DNA of 64,000 bases from Lingula anatina. Lineage: Eukaryota; Animalia; Brachiopoda. The stretch spans positions 10,788,001 through 10,852,000 of the forward strand of contig CM120640.1 in assembly GCA_051362555.1 (NCBI GenBank). Direction: 5' to 3'. The position numbers and the translations under genes were made by a program. Under the pieces are notes generated by a model, which saw only the letters and a program-made list of their open reading frames with translations, searched no databases and was not told the origin of the DNA. This document shows, piece by piece, positions 23,101-36,731 of the stretch (position 1 is the first letter of the stretch; every line of letters starts with the position of its first letter).

Positions 23101-26100
23101 CTCACCATATGGATCATAAGCTGCCCCTGCCACAGTGGTCATGGCCTGTACTCCCTCTGGTACTGTTCTAGTTCTGGCTAGTGCCACCACATCACGCCCC
23201 CCTGCAGGATAATTAGTGACAGTGAATCTCTGAGCTACACTCATTACAGATGGCTTAGGGAGAGAAGCTGGCCCACTGAATGGTGAACTGTTACTTTGAG
23301 CACCTGCAAACCAACACAATACAGCCACCTCACCATACAAAGTAAAATACTACACAAACTGAGAAAGAAACCAAGAAAATATTAGAACCAAAATATCTCT
23401 AATGCAAAAATTCACTTTGTATGCATCTAAACAAAACCAAAACAAAAATGCACAGCAGAACAGCATAATAACTGCAATACAGTTGGTCAACATATTTCCA
23501 ATCAACTACCAAACTGTGAATAAAATCATTGTGTTTTGCATATACTTATCACCAATGAAAGTTTTTTCTAACATAAAACATAAACTCAATTCACACTAGT
23601 ATGAGAGCTTGCCTGATTTTCTCAAAGGTGAACCATTTGGAGGTGTGGCAGTGTTGGGTCTTCCGGGAGAAACTTCAATGCTGTTTCTTCTTATGTTCTT
23701 TGATGGTGGAGTTCCAATGTGGAACTGGACTAAAAAATATATAACAAAGTACAATTTATCTTAATGTAGAACGAGAAAAGTAGAGCCACTCTTATTAAGA
23801 TGACCAGCTAAAAAACATATTATAATGTTAAACTACAAGCATCTTGGTGTGATTACATTTTTGATGTAACAAGGTCAAACAAAAAAAAAAAAAAAAGTAT
23901 GCTAAAGCTTTAAAAAAAACCCTTAAAAAGTCTTAAAATCCAACTAACCTGATGGCGGTGATACTGATCTAATATCAGGAAAGGAGCCAACAGACACCAT
24001 TCTATCTGAAGCAATTCTTGGAATCGGAACTGCCTGCGATGCTAGTTCTCTCTGCAGATCCAAATAAAATAGAGTTCATACTGTGGCATCAGATACATTT
24101 TATAAACATTAGGTTTAAAAAATTGAAATATACTGAATCAGCATTTTGTACAAACTGCAAAAAAACTGTGATCACAGTACACTTTAATTAAAAAATTTGA
24201 AATTTCTAATATGAAAACCCAACAATCATTGTTTAAGTTCTATTCTGGTCCAAGAATATACAGTGTACTAACATTTGCACCGTAAACTCTCATCCACAAC
24301 TGATTTGCCACTTACCTGTGGTGACATTACATGGGTGCCAGCCTCCTTGGTTCTGGGTTCCTTGGGGCTTGAAGGAGAATTCTTCTGAATTCTCTGATAT
24401 GCTTCAACTTGGGTTGGCACTGGTATGGGCTGACTGGGAGGAGAGGTCTGCTTGATGACAGGAAGGGAAGTGGGCCGAGTGGGGCTGGTCTGGTCTTGTG
24501 GACTTGGGGATCCAGCATTGCCTTTCCTGAAGGATGCAGCCTCCGTTGTTGTATCCACCCTGACCACCCTCTGAGCTGATGGTTGGCTGCTAGTAACAGA
24601 CATATAACAAGTCTGATTTTATTGTGTTCCTTTCAAATAATAGTCTGATATCACATGTGTGTGCATACAAATCATTGCTTTTGAAGAAATACAAGGTCAA
24701 CTTAAAAGTGCCAAAATTGTTAATTACATTTTATATATCAAGCTAAAGTTTAACAAATACTGAAAAATATTTGGTTATATGAAATATTCATAAACAATCT
24801 CTATGCCTTAGACGTTCTCACCTATCTTTTCTTCCATGTTTTGGGGATTCTTTACTTCTACCAGAACTAGCACTGCCTTCTGATTCCCCACCTAAGTTGT
24901 TAGGGACAAGGACAAAGTCCTGCAAATATACCATGGGATCCACGTATAAGAAGAAGGAGAAAACAACAACAAATACAACAGTGCCAAACACTGTAATTAA
25001 TAACATATTCAAATACTTTGAAGTAGAGTAATACTATTAACAAAATACAAAAACATGTTGTGAAATAAACAGTCACATTTGTCATTATCATAATCCTTCT
25101 GTTTAAACACATCTTTAATCTTTATAGTACATTAATCCCATTATGGCCATATGCTCTTTCTTTGAATATACTCTTTATAGATTAATATGGTTGGCTATTA
25201 ATACTTCATATTCTTCATGATATACGAACATTCCACTTACTTCAGCTGGGCTCCCTGACTTTGAATCCACCTTAACAAAGTCTGCTCCTTCTTGTGGTGA
25301 ATCGCTCACATCTTCCTGTTTCTGGACCCTCTGCACATCTGTGTTCTACAATAGACATTAAATAAATTGTAATCCCATTACAAGCTGTCATATTTATTTT
25401 AAAGACATTTTTACTTGATGTAACAAGAGAGACAATAACATCAAAGTAATTCACTCAAACTACTCATATTCATAAATACTTAAATCGCCAAGCATTTCTT
25501 AATGTGCGTGTGTACGTGCATGTGTGTACTTACTACTGGAGAGTAAGGCACATTCCCTGAGAGAGGGGAAGATGACACAGTCTTCAGGGTTGGTGAGTCG
25601 GAAGGATGCCTAGCTCTCTGCTGTGGGACTGGGACTGGTGATGCTGCAGAGAAATAATGGCAATCACTTAAAAGCTTGAAATGTTTCACTTTTTCTAAAA
25701 TTTTACATTATCAAGGTTTACCACTTTCATACATTCAACATTTATATAATTCCTGACACAAAACTAGGTAACACTCATAATTTTTAAATCTTCCTTTTTC
25801 AAGTATTAAAGACAAAGCTATTTGGCAAATTTATTAATTTATGCTGTTTGGATTTATTTATACTTTATACTTATTAAGAGTAATGACCTTAGTCCTCTGA
25901 AGCAAATGTGATCTTAATCTGTGTGACATATTATGAATGTGTTAGAGACAATTATTATTTTGTACTATATCATTGAATGCTATAGTATACCATAATAATT
26001 TTTCTCGCCACCTCAATTCAGAATGTTTATTTAAAGTGGAAGTTGTCTCTAAATATTAGCTAAATCCTTTGCAATATTCTCACAACATCTCTATTCCAAA

Positions 26101-29100
26101 ATGTTTGATAATGTGGAAATACAGCAAGACATTAAGAAGCTGAGATAAATATAATGCTACCCAGAACATTCAGTAATTTAACCAAATTTAGATACATTTG
26201 ATGCAAGCAGGAAGTTGTAACTTATTATCCGATTTTGAAATCAGCAAGCTTCAGCAACCATAATGACCTCCTATGTTGATAATAGTCTACATGGATACTT
26301 ACATGCTTTAGCAGGGCATACAAATGGATGACTAAAGAATTCATCTGTAAAAAAGAGATACAATTTCCATTCAAATGTACGTTACAAGCAAATGAAAACT
26401 GCTTTATATGCTTCTGAAAAACTTTTTTTTTCTGAAACAGCATGGTGTCATGTAGCCAATTGTGTTTGATTCAACGCACATCGAATCAAACTTAATATTA
26501 AAGTAATAACAAGGCAGCAAAGCTGTCAAATGTACAGACAAAAAACAGAAAATAAAGATGCAAATAAGTGAAAAATTAAATTTTCACAAAAAACTGTTAA
26601 ATTGCCAGAAAAATTTACCAAACAGACTGCGTTGCCTATTGAAGCTGTATGTTAGACCCATGTTTCTTTCCTGTAAGCTTGAGAACAGTAAGTTACATGA
26701 TTTCCCTTAAATGGTCATCATAGGAGCAGTGCCCAAAATAGGGGTTTCTTCAAATTTTGATGCAACATTACATAATGTTTAACAGCATAATGACAATCAA
26801 ATGTTATTAATAAAATATTAGTAACATGGACATTCAGAAAATGTGACAAGCAAAAGTCTTCAGGATCATGGAACTTTAAAGTCCAGCTTGAATATGCCAA
26901 TATGTGAAAAATTAAGTTTTCACAAAAAACTTTTTAACTGCAAAAAAAAAAAAAAAAAAAAAACCAAACAGACTGCATTGCCTACTGAAGCTGTATTTCA
27001 GTCCCATGTTTCTTTCCTGTAAGTTTGAGAACAGTAAGTGACATGATTTTCCTTAAATGGTCATCATGGAAGCAGTGCCCAAAATAGGGGTTTCTTCTAA
27101 TTTTGATGCAATATTACATAATGTTTAACAGCTTAATGACCATCAATTTTTAATTATAAAATATTTGTATCACAGATATTCAGAAAATGTGACTAGCAAA
27201 GGTCTTCAGGCCCATGGAACTTCAAAGTCACACCTTGAAAATGCCAAAATGTAAACAAGACAGCACTGTTCTGAAATGGGTTTATTTCCATTTTTAACAC
27301 TTTTTAAACATAAAACAAAATAAACATTTTACTGCCATTTTTATATGACCAACTAAGAAAATTGATGAGATGGGAAAAGTATCAATAGAACAGTGTTAAA
27401 TGTCCAATTTCCTCCATTCTGAGATTCTGAACATAGTGGATGATTGAATCTGACAAACTGCAATGATATGAGTTTATTTCCATTTTTGACACTTTATTAC
27501 ACAATACATGATAACAAGTTTACCATGTTTTTTACATAATCAACTAACAATGTTGTAAAGATGCAGGAAATATCAAACAAACACTTTTAGGCATCTTATT
27601 AGTTAAATAATGAGACTGTTAACATGCCTAATAATTGAATCTGAGGAAATGTGAAAAAACAGTATAACTTCTAAAATAATGGCCCGATTATGCTGATTTT
27701 CGAACTCCACCTGCATTTTAGTAAGATTGACCACTCCTGTGAGTATAATTACAATAGGCCAGTCCGTTTTTCTTATATTGTGTTATCAGTGTTGCATTTA
27801 TATTGAAAATAGTGAAAAAACAGCATAAATTCCCTAAAAATGGCCCAATCATGCTGATTTTCGAACTTGACCTGCGTGTTATGAATATTCATCAGTTCTG
27901 TAAGTTTCAAGTCAAAAGGTAAAATGGTTTTCCACTTATCGTGTTATCGGTGCTGCATATATGCTGAAAAAAGTGAAAAAACAGCATAAATTCCCTAAAA
28001 GTGACCCGATCATGCTGATTTTCGAACTTGACCTGCGTATTATGAATATTCATCAGTTCTGCAAGTTTCAAGTCAAAAGGTAAAATGGTTTTCCACTTAT
28101 CGTGTTATTGGTAAAAGTGCACGGCGACGGCGGCGACGACGGCGCCGACAGACGCAGATGATGGCTATATGTACAGACACATCTGTGTCTGTACATCAAA
28201 ACAGCAATAACCTAACCTAAATACCATGTAAACAACCTACCAAAATCTATTCTGTCCTTGGCATTTCTTTTCAACAATTTCATCAGCAGATCTCTCAGCT
28301 CTTTTGATGTCCCTGATGGAATACTGCAATATGTGCAGATGAAATAATATATACATGTCAAAAACTAGATAAGAAATGTACAGCCACTAAGGGTTATATA
28401 TAATTTGTGCTCAATTCAATTACAGTACCTTCAATCACTGATGCCACACCAACAGTATAAAGATAAAAATATGAAATGTAAAATCAGTAAATATCATGGC
28501 AAAGAACTTAAATACATCTTTATATCCTATGCCTGAATAACGAGGCTGCATGTCAGTCAGCCATTACTATGCAGATTTCCATGCTGCCAAAGCTTAGCAG
28601 CCCTTTCATGCATCAATAACCACAGAAGTACCTTAATAACTGTGGCAGGTTACTTTTGCCAACACCACCCATTTTTATGGCTACCTAACAATCTGCATTG
28701 GCTGACCTTCAAATGTGCACAAATTTCTGACATGCTTTACCCCTTTTGGTATATTTATCATAGTATATCATCTGCACAAGTAAATGTATCAAAGGGGTAC
28801 ATGAAAAAGTTATAATAACAAAAAAAAATTGTTTAATCATGTCTGCACTTTACCAGCCATATTTGTGTCCAACTTTGTTATCTTTCCTATTAAATGATAC
28901 ATCTAAATTCAAAAGCAATTTTAATTTTCCTTTTTTCTTTATTAACATCAACTTACTTTGGGGCCAAGTTTGCATTCTTTTCATAGAAAGCTTTCAGTTG
29001 TTGTGGTGTCTGTGCCTGGAAGGGTGCCTTGCCAGTCAGGCACTGGAATACAATGGTCCCAATACTCCATAGGTCTGCCTTAGCATCATACTGTACAGAC

Positions 29101-32100
29101 ATGATCACTTCTGGAGCCTGCAATAAAACACATTCTTGAGCTCAAGTTGACAGTTTGTCAATAATCATGGTACATGATACTGAATACAGTAGGTATACTA
29201 GTTGTAATAACACTACTTTCACTTGCAGGAGGTTAAATCTTAAATATAAAACTTCAGTTCCACTAGGCTTACCATGTACATTGGTGATCCACAAAGAGTA
29301 GCAGCCATTACACCATCATTGAGAAAGCGAGCAAAACCAAAATCAGCTGAAAGAAAGGAAATTGTAAGACTATATTATGTCCATCTTAAAAGGCTATCAT
29401 CAATCAGTATATTTCATCAAAATAGCTGTTCATTGCAGCAAAAATTATTTGCAGATGTGATTTTGTATCACGCTCAAATTTTGTCTGATAAAAAAATAAT
29501 CACACATCACTTCAAATTCTGAAGTATTTGTAAATCATGAGAAAAATTAATGTGATTGAACAATTCCTAACTTTATTGATTTCCTTTATGAGGTCAGAAT
29601 TGTGATGCAGAAGATGAGTCACTACACCAACACTTGCATCAAATTTATAAATTACATAACAAAAACATATTTTATAGCATTAAAAGGTATTCTGCGTTGT
29701 TGTCAGTAAAACAATATAAAAATTATTTTTATCAGTAAGCATGCCTTAAATTTCTGAATATATTTTTAGACTTTACCTTAAATACCACCTCATGCAGAAT
29801 GAATTCAAGGATGATGAATCAATGTGTTACTTCAGCAGTAATACTACCATAAAACAAACAGCAGAACAAAGTGTCCATTCATTGATTTACAGGCTCAAAG
29901 TCTGTTATAAGCTCTGAACTCTCTTTTCTGAGACAATCAATACACTATCTGTAGCCTGGCTACTGTGGTATGTGTTCTTATAGAACCCACTTGGTAATAA
30001 GAGTATTACTGCTACACAAGTGAATGTACCATATAGATACTGCAGGATGATTCAACATCAACTTGAAATCCAGTTTTTTAATCCCGGTTTTCCTTTGAGT
30101 AACAAGATTTTATACGAAAGAATTGATAAAGACACTAAAAAAACATGGTATATCAAAAGCTCAGTTCAACACAATGTAAGAGTGCAAACCTATAAACACA
30201 AGGTCTTCCTGACCAGGTACACCTAAAAATTTTGTTATGTCTGATATATGTCCTTTACCAGAGGCCAGCTGGATGATTACATTTTCTTTTCTTTCTTTCT
30301 TTTTGTTTTTTGTATGTGGGGTGGTTGGTTGGGATTTCTCACTGGGCAGTACAGAAATAAACACAGAATAAGCCAGAGCAATATTTGTGAATAATGAAAA
30401 AAAGAAATATATGTGGCCTTGGTAGAGGGAAGATCTGACGGGCCTCTTAACATAATGACATATATCTGTATTGAGTGCCTATGAAGATTACTGGTACCTG
30501 GAAAACTACTGACCTACATATTAGCTCAGATATTGTATAAGCTAAGCAACTCAACATATTGAGCAGGAACATCAAGTTAGGTTCATTACCCATCAATCTA
30601 AAAACATACTGAATCATGCCACATTAAGGTTTGTGGTTTAGTGCGAGACATATCCCAGGAGCTTCCATCATTGTGTACTATTTGAAATACCATTCAAATG
30701 TGTCCTCTTTGTACCCTCTTGCTCATAAATTATCATTTTATCATTTTTGAAATCTTTGTAAAGGCTATGACAAATTGGGGTTGTTTGAGGTTAGTTCTAG
30801 AAGCAAAACTTGTTTTTCAATGTGTTGCGTGTTAAAATTACTTGTTTAAGACATTTTCTTCCAGCAGACTAAGCAGACTAATATTATAATCTGGTGATGA
30901 GATTAAAATTATTTAATAACATCCTTTATTTCTCTGCTTGCACAAAGGCTTATAATCAATAAGAAAATGAGAAATAAAACACTGCTAGTAACTTAAATAC
31001 CCTATCTCAGTGGTAACAGAAAACAATTTTTAATTTTTTTAGTATTATTATTTAATGAGTTTACAGGGCTGGAGTATTTGTGCTAACTTTCTTCAAATAA
31101 ATGTAAATTGTCCATTTTCATCTCATACAGATACTTAGCCCAAAGTATTCAAACTCTAAGGGGCCAAACATAAGATTTAAGCAAAAAAATTTTTTTTTCT
31201 ACGTCCTTGATGATTTTCAAGGGCTTAACTAACAAATGATACTGAAATGAAATATGCATAATGACCATTTTGTCCTTTCTATAAGACCTGCTACTACAAA
31301 TTACTATAAATACATACCTATCTTAAGTTGAAGATCAGATGGCTGTGGGTTTGGAGACTGTCCTGAGTGTGTCAGTAGGATATTTTGGGGCTTTAAATCT
31401 CTATGGACAATACCCTTGCCATTGAGAGCTCTCATAGCACCTGCAATCTGACGCAAGAATCCTGATATGGTGTCCTCACTAAGAGTGCCTTTGGCTGAAA
31501 AAAAATAAATAAATAAAGCCAAACAGTAAAACTGTCTTCCACTTATCATGTTTACACTGAAAGTGCACGGCGCCGGCATCGGCGACGACAGACGCAGGTG
31601 ATGGCAATATGTACAGACACATCTGTGTCTGTACATAAAAAAACACTCCAATCATACATGGTATCTACAACTGATTTTATCTGCTTCCAGAACAAAACAG
31701 AATAACTACTTGTTCATTTTTTTCTTTTCTTTTCTTTTTTTTTTTTGGAGTAAGGGGACGTTATTACAAGATTATGATTTATAGAGAAGTGAGAAGAAAG
31801 CCCACTTGTGATAAATGACTGAACAGAACTTTTTAACAGATAGAGAAACAAAAAGATCATGTGCAATATGACACATTGCTTGTCACGTTGTGCTATAATT
31901 AAGTTATCAGTATCTGAAGGCCCATCATTTCTTCCTTTGTTGTACAGTATGCCTACCTTGAAGGTAATCTGCCAGATCTCCTCCATTGCAGTACTGAAAG
32001 TGATAGAAATGCAATGTAAAACACATGTGTAAACATGACTTCAGTTTCACTTAATCAAATGGTGTAAGACTATGTCTGGGATTGTTATTTTTAGAACAGG

Positions 32101-35100
32101 GACCATAAAAACCTTGTTAACTTGAAAAGAAAAACACATATACCTACATCTAAATATATCTTCACATCTTAGGGCAATAATGAAGTATCTGAACTAAAGC
32201 AATTTATCTAGAGAAAATGTGTGCTTCAATGTGGATCCTTTGTTCCAATATCTGGGTTTTATAGTTCTAGTAATTACTTAATATTAATTAGGCAGACAGA
32301 AATTGATCTTTTTCACATGCCATGAAGTACAATGTTGTACCACACCATACTATATGGTATAACATGGGGCAAACCAGAAAGTGATATATTCTTAGAGGTC
32401 ATGAATTTCCAGTAATAGAATTTTCCATCATTCAGTGTGATACAACCACAATTTAACATTGCTGGAAAACATCTATAATGCTACTAAGAAGAACTTACCT
32501 CCATGACAAGATAAACATGATGTGTGGTTTCCTGAAAGATAATAAGTGGAAATGAGGTAGTTTGCATCTCAATATCTCTGTCCCATTAAAACACTGGTTA
32601 GAAAATATAAGAGCATTTCACAATGCACAAAAAAAAGAAAGAAAGAAACGATGACCAAGTTTAACTATCTGAGAAAACATTATCCTTTTAATAGATATAG
32701 TATTAGCAGCTTTTATATGGTGAGACTTAACCTTTAAACTTTGTAAAACAAATGAATTTGTACGATTTAATTTCATTTATTCAACTGATTTTTGAAAACT
32801 TACAACAAGGCAGTTGATAATCTTGTATATATTTGAAATTCAAAATCACATTTAAAATCAGCTAAGATTTTAATTTCAACTATTAACACACAGACATATA
32901 AAGACATTCGTACTTCATTATTCATCAGACACTGGTTACTTTCTTTGTCCCATTCTGTTAGGTGATAATGTCTATTGCATGACCTCCATATAACACACCA
33001 TCTATAGCACTGTAGATTTACTCGAAAGCAAACATTTAATCAATCAGTTTGAATGGAGAGATCCTTATTGAATTAACCCACATGACAGGCAAAAAGCATG
33101 CCACCAGCATGCACACTCTATACTGCAGAACGTTATCTAGCCATGCAGATCCAACCTGGAAATCATCCAACTTTCACATAGGTCAGGTGAGAGATCTGGC
33201 ACAATTCAGTTCAATCCAATATCACTTAGGTTATATATATTTTCCCATAAAATACACAAGGACTGTTTATCATCAAAAGATTTTTAGATTCCGATTGAGG
33301 TTCAACAAACTAGTTTTTTAACCTTTTCTCACACTTAATAGCATACAATAGTCCAACGAGGTCACTGCACTTGCATGCATTCCACATCTGGTGTCAACCA
33401 ATCAGCTGCAAAGTTCAGCAAAATATCACGTGATGTAAACAAAAAAAGCTGGCCAACAAATAGGGCACCCAAATAGACATGACGCACTTCTCTGAACTAC
33501 GCAATCCCACTGCAATGGCTTTAATTTTCTTAACAAAGGATAACAATAACCTTCTTAGATTTACTGGTATTTCATCAGCTTTGGCTCAAGGTGGGTTGAT
33601 CACACTCACTGACGTCACAATAGATTGTCATCAATTATGGGATTTGAGTGTAAATCACCGTAAAAATATCCTGTTTCTACAAAGTGGGAAGCCAATTTAT
33701 GGCTCAACATCCATCATAAATGTGATAATCATTCAATGTTATTCTAAAATTACTAAGGTTTAACAAATGAAGTTTTAATGAAACTTTCTTTTAAGCATGG
33801 AAATAAAAGCTACTAGTACTAAATTGAATAAACACAGCTTTAATCCTAGTGACAAAATATTTCGTATGAATATGCCAGTAGAACTTTTTATTTATGTTGC
33901 TTTTGATACTGCTTATATACTTTTGTACTGAAAGAAGGAAAACTTCAGTGGAAGATAAGAGATATTTAGAAAAGGCAGATATATTGTAATCCTCCTATCT
34001 CATATCTGACACTGTACTTAGGACAATCAACAACTCAAATAGTCCACCTCACTGTGATTGAGCTAAAAATAGATCAAGCATCACAAAATCACAATTTTAG
34101 ACCTTATTAATACAGGTAGTCAACAACCATGACATTTTATTTGCAAAGTGTGTGGCAAACTTCCAGATACTTTAACCAAGCCAAGCCCTTTGGGTTAAAA
34201 CTGGTCCAGAAGGACACAAGATATCACAAAAACAGGATGAAGAAAAAAGTTATTACTATCTTGACCAATAATTATACATGACCCATTTTAGCAAAGGTGC
34301 TAATCACAGAAAAAATCACACCTTTAGTTCTTATCCTTTATTAAGAGTCCTATCAAAAGTAATGGGTGAAGCTTTGGGACCATTCACATGGAAAGTCTAT
34401 TTTCTAAAAATCTATTTTCTATTCGCGGTATCTTGTGATCACGGTCTGTGCCCTGAATATCCCGCGGCGTAATTACTGGCAGCGTGAGCCAGTTATTCCC
34501 TGCGCTGCCAGTAATTTCGCTGTGGGATATTCAGGGCACAGACCGTGATCACAAGATAACGCAAATAGAAAATAGATTTTTAGAAAATACTTTCCATGTG
34601 AATGGTCCCTTAGTGTAATAATGCTAATAATAAGTGTTGATCAATGCATCTGTATGGTTCTCAAGAGTATTTAAGAGTTGTCATGTGCAACATAATTTTG
34701 AGACTATTCAAGCAAAGGACATAACAACTGTATTTTTCAGTGTAAACTTAGTTGTGACTGATAAGCTTTGTCGAGTTTCATAATTTACAACCCCCCCCCC
34801 CCTTTATGAACTTTGTTCTACTTAACAAAGCATGATAGGTTGGCATGAAGGATATTAAAGCTGGCGATTGTCCATGGTGATAACAGGCTTGCAGGTAGCA
34901 TGAAATTCACGTGTTAACACTCTATTGATGATATTGATATTAACACTGTGTTAACTTAATGCACTGGCACAGCTAGTATATTTCAGAAACATTAATTAAC
35001 AGGAGTGCAAACAAATGGATATCTTTATTTTTCAAAAAAATTTATTTTTTAACTTTACCTTGCAGTCCAATAAGGCCACTACATTTTCATGGTGCAGATC

Positions 35101-35762
35101 TGACAGCTCCTACAAAATACAAAAGTAAGAAATAGTATTTGCTTTCAATAAAAACTTTACAATTTCACATATTAAATACGTATGAAAATGGCCTCTTGCT
35201 GTCTAATAATACATACATACATGCATATGACAAATGTTCTTGTGAGTATATTTCTATTAAAGGCCTTTTGTTAACAAATACTGGTTATAAAAACTAACCT
35301 TTAATATCTTGATCTCTTTGCTGAGGAGATTCTGTGATTTTGCTAGGTTCTTCTTGGTGATGCTCTTAATGGCAACTGGGTCATGTGTCTGGAATTTATT
35401 AAGTTGGGTACATGGAAGTGATATACAGTTTTAATGAGCCTATATTTATTAGCTGCCAAACTATTAAAACATAGTTCATAAAATTAGCTGCCAAGCCATA
35501 ACATAGAAACACAAATATATTTCAATAGCCAGGTTTATTTCATGTTGTTTATTGAAAATTCTTTTGTACGTGATGTTTCGTAGCGCATTCATGGGTGGAC
35601 GTGTCTGGGCTGACATTGCTGCAGAATAGTGAGTGACTGTGCAGAATCGATTTTCTGACGTATTTTACTTACCACTTTGTGACGCCCTTTAAAAACCACT
35701 GCAAAAGCGCCATGGCCGATGAGGTCTCGCTTGTTGTACTCAAAATCACCTATGCTCTCCAT
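20129..35762 (-). CDS. ULK2: Serine/threonine kinase ULK1/2 (Atg1/unc-51), 25 coding exons, about 961 aa
   Basis: Exons (high to low): 35673-35762, 35299-35388, 35059-35109, 32499-32531, 31957-31993, 31318-31494, 29273-29346, 28957-29117, 28241-28323, 26303-26344, 25534-25643, 25241-25345, 24822-24919, 24316-24589, 23949-24051, 23613-23729, 23106-23303, 22664-22813, 22215-22471, 21840-22006, 21290-21408, 20940-21079, 20706-20750, 20392-20482, 20129-20202. Motifs: [71 protein letters not shown], and C-terminal [12 protein letters not shown] / [10 protein letters not shown] / YKEAVEKRL. As an invertebrate gene it is co-orthologous to ULK1 and ULK2. Confidence 0.96.
26508..28201 (+). mobile_element. 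Full-length Helentron/HINE-like element (family H1) in a ULK intron
   Basis: The 5' end AACAAGGCAGCAAAGCTGTCAAATGTACAGACA carries a small hairpin, and ATGTACAGACA (26530-26540) is complementary to the 3' hairpin arm (sub-terminal inverted repeat). Then a duplication of about 335 bp (26569/26904), 3 units of the 161-bp repeat, the (GAC/GGC)n tract and the 3' hairpin at about 28169-28196. No TSD; ends in an A-run. Confidence 0.82.
31520..31643 (+). mobile_element. Short 3' fragment of the H1 element
   Basis: TTCCACTTATC.TGTT...AAAGTGCACGGCG...GACGACAGACGCAG.TGATGGC.ATATGTACAGACACATCTGTGTCTGTACATAAAAAAA. Confidence 0.8.
33395..33620. promoter_or_regulatory. Candidate intronic enhancer in ULK intron 3 (CCAAT, CLEAR-like E-box, FOXO and CRE motifs)
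   Basis: CCAATCAG at about 33399. ATCACGTGAT (33425-33434) directly abuts GTAAACAA (33435-33442). ATGACGCA at about 33479. TGACGTCA at 33610-33617. Motif evidence only. Confidence 0.4.
34376..34609. mobile_element. Palindromic PIF/Harbinger-like MITE
   Basis: Inverted arms of about 108 bp, GGGACCATTCACATGGAAAG...CTTTCCATGTGAATGGTCCC, with TTT/TTA flanks. Confidence 0.82.
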
Positions 35763-36460
35763 TTTCACTTTAGGACGGTGATGGCCCCTCCAAATATTCT
35801 ATCGCAACATCGGAAAATTATGGTGAAATACAGACGTCAAAATGACATCAAAAATCTCCCAAACTGAGGGGTTGTCGTTTAAACCAAAGTCCTCGTTTCC
35901 ATTCTGCTTCACGAAGAGGTATTTATGACAATTATTCCATACTGTTTGTTAGTGAATTTTAAACCAACGTTTCAATTGAAAAGTAGTAGTATTAACTGCC
36001 TTCTGCTACTATGTCACACTTGGTTATATGATCGTTTTGTTTTGGTTCAGGATTGCTCACACAGCACTCCGCAGCACCTGCAAAAAGTAGTTCTCCATGG
36101 GGAATTGCTATTTTGTACTCTTTCATACAAGATGATCAAATAACGTAGTATATGCGGGATAATCGGTTAAAAATCTATAAAATTATAACTTATTGCGGAA
36201 CGATGCAAAACAAAAATTATATTAATCAGCTGATTTCTTTGTTTGGATGTTAAATCCTTTCGCCACGAATGATCAAACTTCGCGAGAAATTACGCGATTT
36301 CTTACAGCGAGGTGGTGAAAACACGTGGTGGTGCAATAGGGAAAATATTTTGCGACTGAAGTGGTTATTTCCTTTGAGCAAGACAGTTATCCCGAAGGGC
36401 ACATATTACGTTTGAAATATAAGAATTGCTGTTAATTGTCATTATAAAAAGCATTGGTAA
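35763..36460. promoter_or_regulatory. Divergent promoter region between ULK and AKAP1
   Basis: Lies between the ULK ATG (35762, -) and a likely AKAP1 non-coding first exon (donor GTAAG about 36457, acceptor TTTCAG about 36686). Locally CpG-rich, with GACGTCA at about 35833, TTCGCGAGA at about 36279 and CACGTG at about 36322. Confidence 0.55.
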
Positions 36461-36731
36461 GTTCTAGTAAGTAAATGAATGTCTGCATGCAACATATTTG
36501 TTTTCATTGATGCAGTAATTCTAAATGCAGTATTTCCACCATAACGTTACACTTAATTTTAATTGTATGTTGCCATTTGGTTTAAACGTAACAGTGTATT
36601 TGAGTATACTAATGGTTAGGTGTTTTACTGGTTATAGTTCGTAAAAGAAAAACATAACCCTATGTTAAAAATATAATATTTTTCAGGTCAGTACGCCATC
36701 TCCTGACAAGTGAATGCTAACAGTGTGAAAA

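Noticed and set aside
24586-24592. NAGNAG acceptor (TAGCAG) in ULK
   Set aside because: A common feature that changes one Ser in a low-complexity region.
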